A stretch of 32,000 nucleotides of DNA from Candidatus Saccharimonadota bacterium (GTDB lineage Bacteria; Pseudomonadota; Alphaproteobacteria; Rickettsiales; Anaplasmataceae), in contig NZ_CP046580.1 of NCBI RefSeq assembly GCF_013365495.1, positions 180,001 to 212,000 of the forward strand, read 5' to 3'. The notes below the pieces were generated by a model. It did no database searches. It was not told the DNA's origin and saw only the letters and a program-made list of their open reading frames with translations. Both the position numbers and the translations under genes were made by a program. This document shows positions 28,774 through 32,000 of this stretch, one piece after another (position 1 is the first letter of the stretch; each line of letters opens with the position of its first letter).

Positions 28774-29151
28774 TTATTCTTTATTATCTATTTTACTTTT
28801 TATTTCATTGTTATGAATGTTAATATTTTTTTGATTTGTGTAGAAATTTGTGTTAAACTGCCTATCAGAGGAATGTAGTAATTTTTCTAGTTTGTTTATA
28901 TTACTTATATTTCCTTTCATATATCCTTTGCATCTGTGAACTAAAAGGTTAAACAGTTCATGGATATCTATCTGTTTTTCTGCTATTTCATATAAGGAAA
29001 TGATAGTGTTTTTATGATTATTAAACTTGACAGCTTGAATTGGAGTACTTGCTCCTGTATTTAAATCATGTGTTCTCTGACTTGCTAATAGAACTAATTT
29101 AAAGCGATTGCTTACTTGACTTGTACATTTTTCTATAATGGATTCAGCCAT
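28774..29151 (-). CDS. rpoZ: DNA-directed RNA polymerase subunit omega
   Basis: 125-aa ORF with N-terminal IEKCTSQVSNRFKLVLLASQRTHDL (compare E. coli [24 protein letters not shown]), followed by an Asn/Lys-rich tail. Confidence 0.9.
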   Translation of the reverse strand: MAESIIEKCTSQVSNRFKLVLLASQRTHDLNTGASTPIQAVKFNNHKNTIISLYEIAEKQIDIHELFNLLVHRCKGYMKGNISNINKLEKLLHSSDRQFNTNFYTNQKNINIHNNEIKSKIDNKE

Positions 29152-29213
29152 AAAAATTACTTAAGTGAATCTACACTATATCACAAAAAATGAAATGTCA
29201 ACTGTGTATTTTA

Positions 29214-29495
29214 TTAGGGCCTAGTTTTATGTTCAGATCTTATTGTTTGGTTTTCTGTAATTGTGATTGTTATCTCATGTTCAAATTTTTTGAGAAAACT
29301 TAGTAGTCGTTCTAGAGAGAAACCATCTGTTTTACCGTTTTTGATTTGTGATATTTTGGGTTGATCAACACCTAACCTTTCAGCTGCATGAGCTTGAGTC
29401 CAAGCATTTTTTTCTATGACTTTACTAATTATATTGAGTAATTTCTTTTTTACTTCTACGTTGCATGAGTTGTTATTTAACGATATTATTTCCAT
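29214..29495 (-). CDS. small XRE-family helix-turn-helix DNA-binding protein (antitoxin-like architecture, no partner gene)
   Basis: 93-aa ORF with the classic HTH WTQAHAAERLGVDQPKISQIKNGK, followed by FSLERLLSFLKKFEHEITITI. This is the layout of short XRE/HigA-like regulators. Confidence 0.8.
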   Translation of the reverse strand: MEIISLNNNSCNVEVKKKLLNIISKVIEKNAWTQAHAAERLGVDQPKISQIKNGKTDGFSLERLLSFLKKFEHEITITITENQTIRSEHKTRP

Positions 29496-29896
29496 ATGAA
29501 CTTACCTATAATAGCTCTGTAAAAACATTATAACATAAATTTAGTATCTCAAAGTATTAATATCATATAATTTGTGCTAAATAATTATTATGATATTAAT
29601 GTGTAGAACTTTAAGTTAATAATTATTATTTTTGATCAAATTTCTTTTAATTTTAAACTGCTATTTAATTTAAAAGAATTATTAATATAGAAATAAATAA
29701 TTATTAACTATTATGCTTGGGATGATTTTTTTATCTTAAAATATGTATTGGGAAGGTTTATTTTCTTGTATTTTGATATAGATGTTTATTTAAAATTTCT
29801 ATTTTATATAAATGTGCTGTATTTTATTATTCGTGATATGTAAGTTTATTGTTTTTTAATTTGAATATTATCTAGTTAGTAGATTTCATTGTTAAT

Positions 29897-30391
29897 ATGA
29901 CGAAAATGGAAAAAGATGTTGCTATAATTATGGGAAGTCAATCAGATTATTATACTATGGTTTATGCTGTTGATATATTAAAAATATTAGAGATTTCATA
30001 TGATGTATTTATAATATCTGCGCATAGAACGCCAGAAAGACTTTTTAATTTTGCTAAGTCTGCACAAGAGAAGGGTTATAGAATTATTATAGCTGGTGCG
30101 GGAGGAGCAGCTCATTTACCTGGCATGGTGGCGTCACTGACTTATTTACCTGTTATTGGTGTTCCTGTGTGTAGTAAAGAATTGAATGGATTGGATAGTT
30201 TGTTATCTATAGTACAGATGCCGAAGGGTGTTCCGGTTTCAACTATGTCTATAGGAGCAAGTGGAGCATATAATGCTGCTATTACTGCTGCATCTATATT
30301 GTCAATTTCTAATGGCGAGATTGCGGATAAATTAAGGAAATGGAGGAAGAAACAGACCGATTCAGTGAAGGAAAAACCAATATTATGGTAA
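29897..30391 (+). CDS. purE: 5-(carboxyamino)imidazole ribonucleotide mutase (class I PurE)
   Basis: 164-aa ORF with [19 protein letters not shown], and [15 protein letters not shown]. Confidence 0.95.
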   Translation: MTKMEKDVAIIMGSQSDYYTMVYAVDILKILEISYDVFIISAHRTPERLFNFAKSAQEKGYRIIIAGAGGAAHLPGMVASLTYLPVIGVPVCSKELNGLDSLLSIVQMPKGVPVSTMSIGASGAYNAAITAASILSISNGEIADKLRKWRKKQTDSVKEKPILW

Positions 30392-30395
30392 ACTT

Positions 30396-32000
30396 ATGGT
30401 AATAGTTCTTTTAGATACAAGAACTGTAAATCGTATAGCAGCGGGGGAAGTAATTAATGGTCCAGCAAATATAGTTAAGGAGTTAGTAGAAAATGCAATA
30501 GATGCTGGAAGTTCAAAAATAGAGATTAAAGTAGAAAGTGGGGGGCGTAATCTTATTATTGTTACAGATGATGGAGATGGAATAGAGAAGAGTGATTTGA
30601 AGCTTGCATTTATGCGCTATGCTACTTCGAAACTGAATGATAGTGAATTAGTAGAAATTAGATATCTTGGTTTTAGAGGAGAAGCGTTGCCATCGATAGC
30701 AGCGGTAAGTAGAGTGAGATTATTATCTAGAGCGAGAGGAAGAAATGAAGCATGGTCTATAAGTTATGAAGGTGGAGGAGAGATAATAGAAATTACTCCT
30801 TGTTCTTTGCCGCAGGGAACACAAGTTGAAGTTCGTGATTTATTTTTTTCTACTCCAAATAGATTGAAGTTTCTTAAAACTGAGAGAGCAGAAATTCAAA
30901 GTATTATTGATATTGTAAATAATTTAGCTATGATTAATTATCATATTGGATTTCATCTTAGCTCAGACAATAAAAAACTTTTAAAATACGTGAAGCAAGC
31001 TTCATTGTTTAATAGATTGTGTGAAATAGAAGAAAAATTTCGAGGTAATACTTTGGAAATTGATGAAGAAAGAGATGGTATCAGACTTACAGGATATGTG
31101 TGTAAGCCGACTATTAATTATGGCAAGTCGACTATGATTTATACATTTGTTAATGGAAGGCCAATTAAAGATAATTTACTTATCGCTGCAATTCGATATG
31201 CATATCATGATTTTATTCCAAACGATAGGTATCCTTTTGTAGTATTGAATTTAGGGGTACCGTATGACCAAGTGGATGTGAATGTACATCCAAATAAATT
31301 AGAGGTGAGGTTTCAGAATAAGAGAGTAATATATGAAATAGTAACGAAAGAGTTGGTAAAGGCATTATCAACGAGAATAGGTGTTTCTAATATTATTTCA
31401 GGCTATGATACAGAGATTTATACTAGATTTCAGCATTCAGTTGCTTCAATAACCAATGGTTTTGTGAGAAATATATTGCCTAGTGCTGCATCTGATGTTC
31501 GTAAAGGACTTTATGGAAAAAAGCCAAAACGTTTCGGAAATTGTTTAGTAGAAGTATTCAATTTATCAAATAGGGAAAAGAAAAGCTTGTCGGAACAACG
31601 GGAACGGTCTGAATCATTTGATTGTGCTAGTGTACAAAAATCTTTGTTACAAACAAAAAATGTGGTTCTCGAAGGTGAGCAAATTAATTTAATTGGGTAT
31701 TATCCTCTAGGATTTGCACGCTGTCAAGTTTATAATATTTATATTATTGCTGAGGCTCAAGATAAATTGATTATAGTTGATCAGCATGCAGCTCATGAGA
31801 GGTTAATTTATGAGTGCTTAAAACAAAGATCAAGAATAAAGAGACAGGAACTGCTTTTTCCTGAAACGATTGAAATTAAGAATCAGGTTGGAATGGAAAT
31901 GATTGAGGCTTATAACGATAAGCTTTTTGAAATGGGTTTTTGTATTGAGATTAGATCAAAAAATGAAATTGTAGTAAGAGAAATTCCTGCAATTTTAGGA
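30396..32000 (+). CDS. mutL: DNA mismatch repair protein MutL (5' partial, continues past window end)
   Basis: The ATG lies 4 nt after the purE stop. GHKL ATPase motifs are present: [26 protein letters not shown], and [14 protein letters not shown]. The frame stays open for 535 codons to position 32000, which is why it is absent from the closed-ORF track. Confidence 0.93.
   Translation, partial: MVIVLLDTRTVNRIAAGEVINGPANIVKELVENAIDAGSSKIEIKVESGGRNLIIVTDDGDGIEKSDLKLAFMRYATSKLNDSELVEIRYLGFRGEALPSIAAVSRVRLLSRARGRNEAWSISYEGGGEIIEITPCSLPQGTQVEVRDLFFSTPNRLKFLKTERAEIQSIIDIVNNLAMINYHIGFHLSSDNKKLLKYVKQASLFNRLCEIEEKFRGNTLEIDEERDGIRLTGYVCKPTINYGKSTMIYTFVNGRPIKDNLLIAAIRYAYHDFIPNDRYPFVVLNLGVPYDQVDVNVHPNKLEVRFQNKRVIYEIVTKELVKALSTRIGVSNIISGYDTEIYTRFQHSVASITNGFVRNILPSAASDVRKGLYGKKPKRFGNCLVEVFNLSNREKKSLSEQRERSESFDCASVQKSLLQTKNVVLEGEQINLIGYYPLGFARCQVYNIYIIAEAQDKLIIVDQHAAHERLIYECLKQRSRIKRQELLFPETIEIKNQVGMEMIEAYNDKLFEMGFCIEIRSKNEIVVREIPAILG

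Overview
This is a very AT-rich, gene-sparse chromosomal window made almost entirely of housekeeping genes. Gene content and layout suggest an obligate intracellular alphaproteobacterium of the family Anaplasmataceae, most likely an Ehrlichia resembling E. ruminantium. This taxon call is inference from the sequence, not a database hit. It rests on single scattered nuo genes (nuoF, nuoD), a stand-alone virB9, purE and ribE (pathways Rickettsia lacks), a long Rickettsiales-type Icd, a canonical G-1 tRNA-His, and low coding density: about 20.4 of 32 kb (~64%) lies inside the genes I call. I call 24 protein genes: nuoF, nth, icd, nuoD, virB9, lgt, smpB, cvpA, ribE, pheS, glmU, rplY, pth, an AsmA-family gene, rpoD, a five-gene Mrp/Mnh small-subunit cluster, rpoZ, a small XRE-type regulator, purE, and the 5' part of mutL. 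I also call one tRNA-His(GTG), one probable decayed DksA/TraR-like gene, and a few low-confidence promoter and terminator candidates. I saw no rRNA, CRISPR array, transposase, integrase or phage gene, and no long repeat. The most unusual property is architectural. Spacers are either tiny or overlapping, or they are about 1.15-2.24 kb and ORF-free; seven such gaps make up ~31% of the window. I did not find a convincing self-contained novel system. The leads worth following are (i) the gene-sized empty spacers, one of which holds recognisable gene debris, (ii) an Mrp cluster encoding only small subunits, wedged between rpoZ and rpoD, (iii) the orphan XRE regulator, (iv) the large isolated AsmA-like gene and glmU in a lineage reported to lack peptidoglycan and LPS, and (v) the orphan virB9 paralogue.
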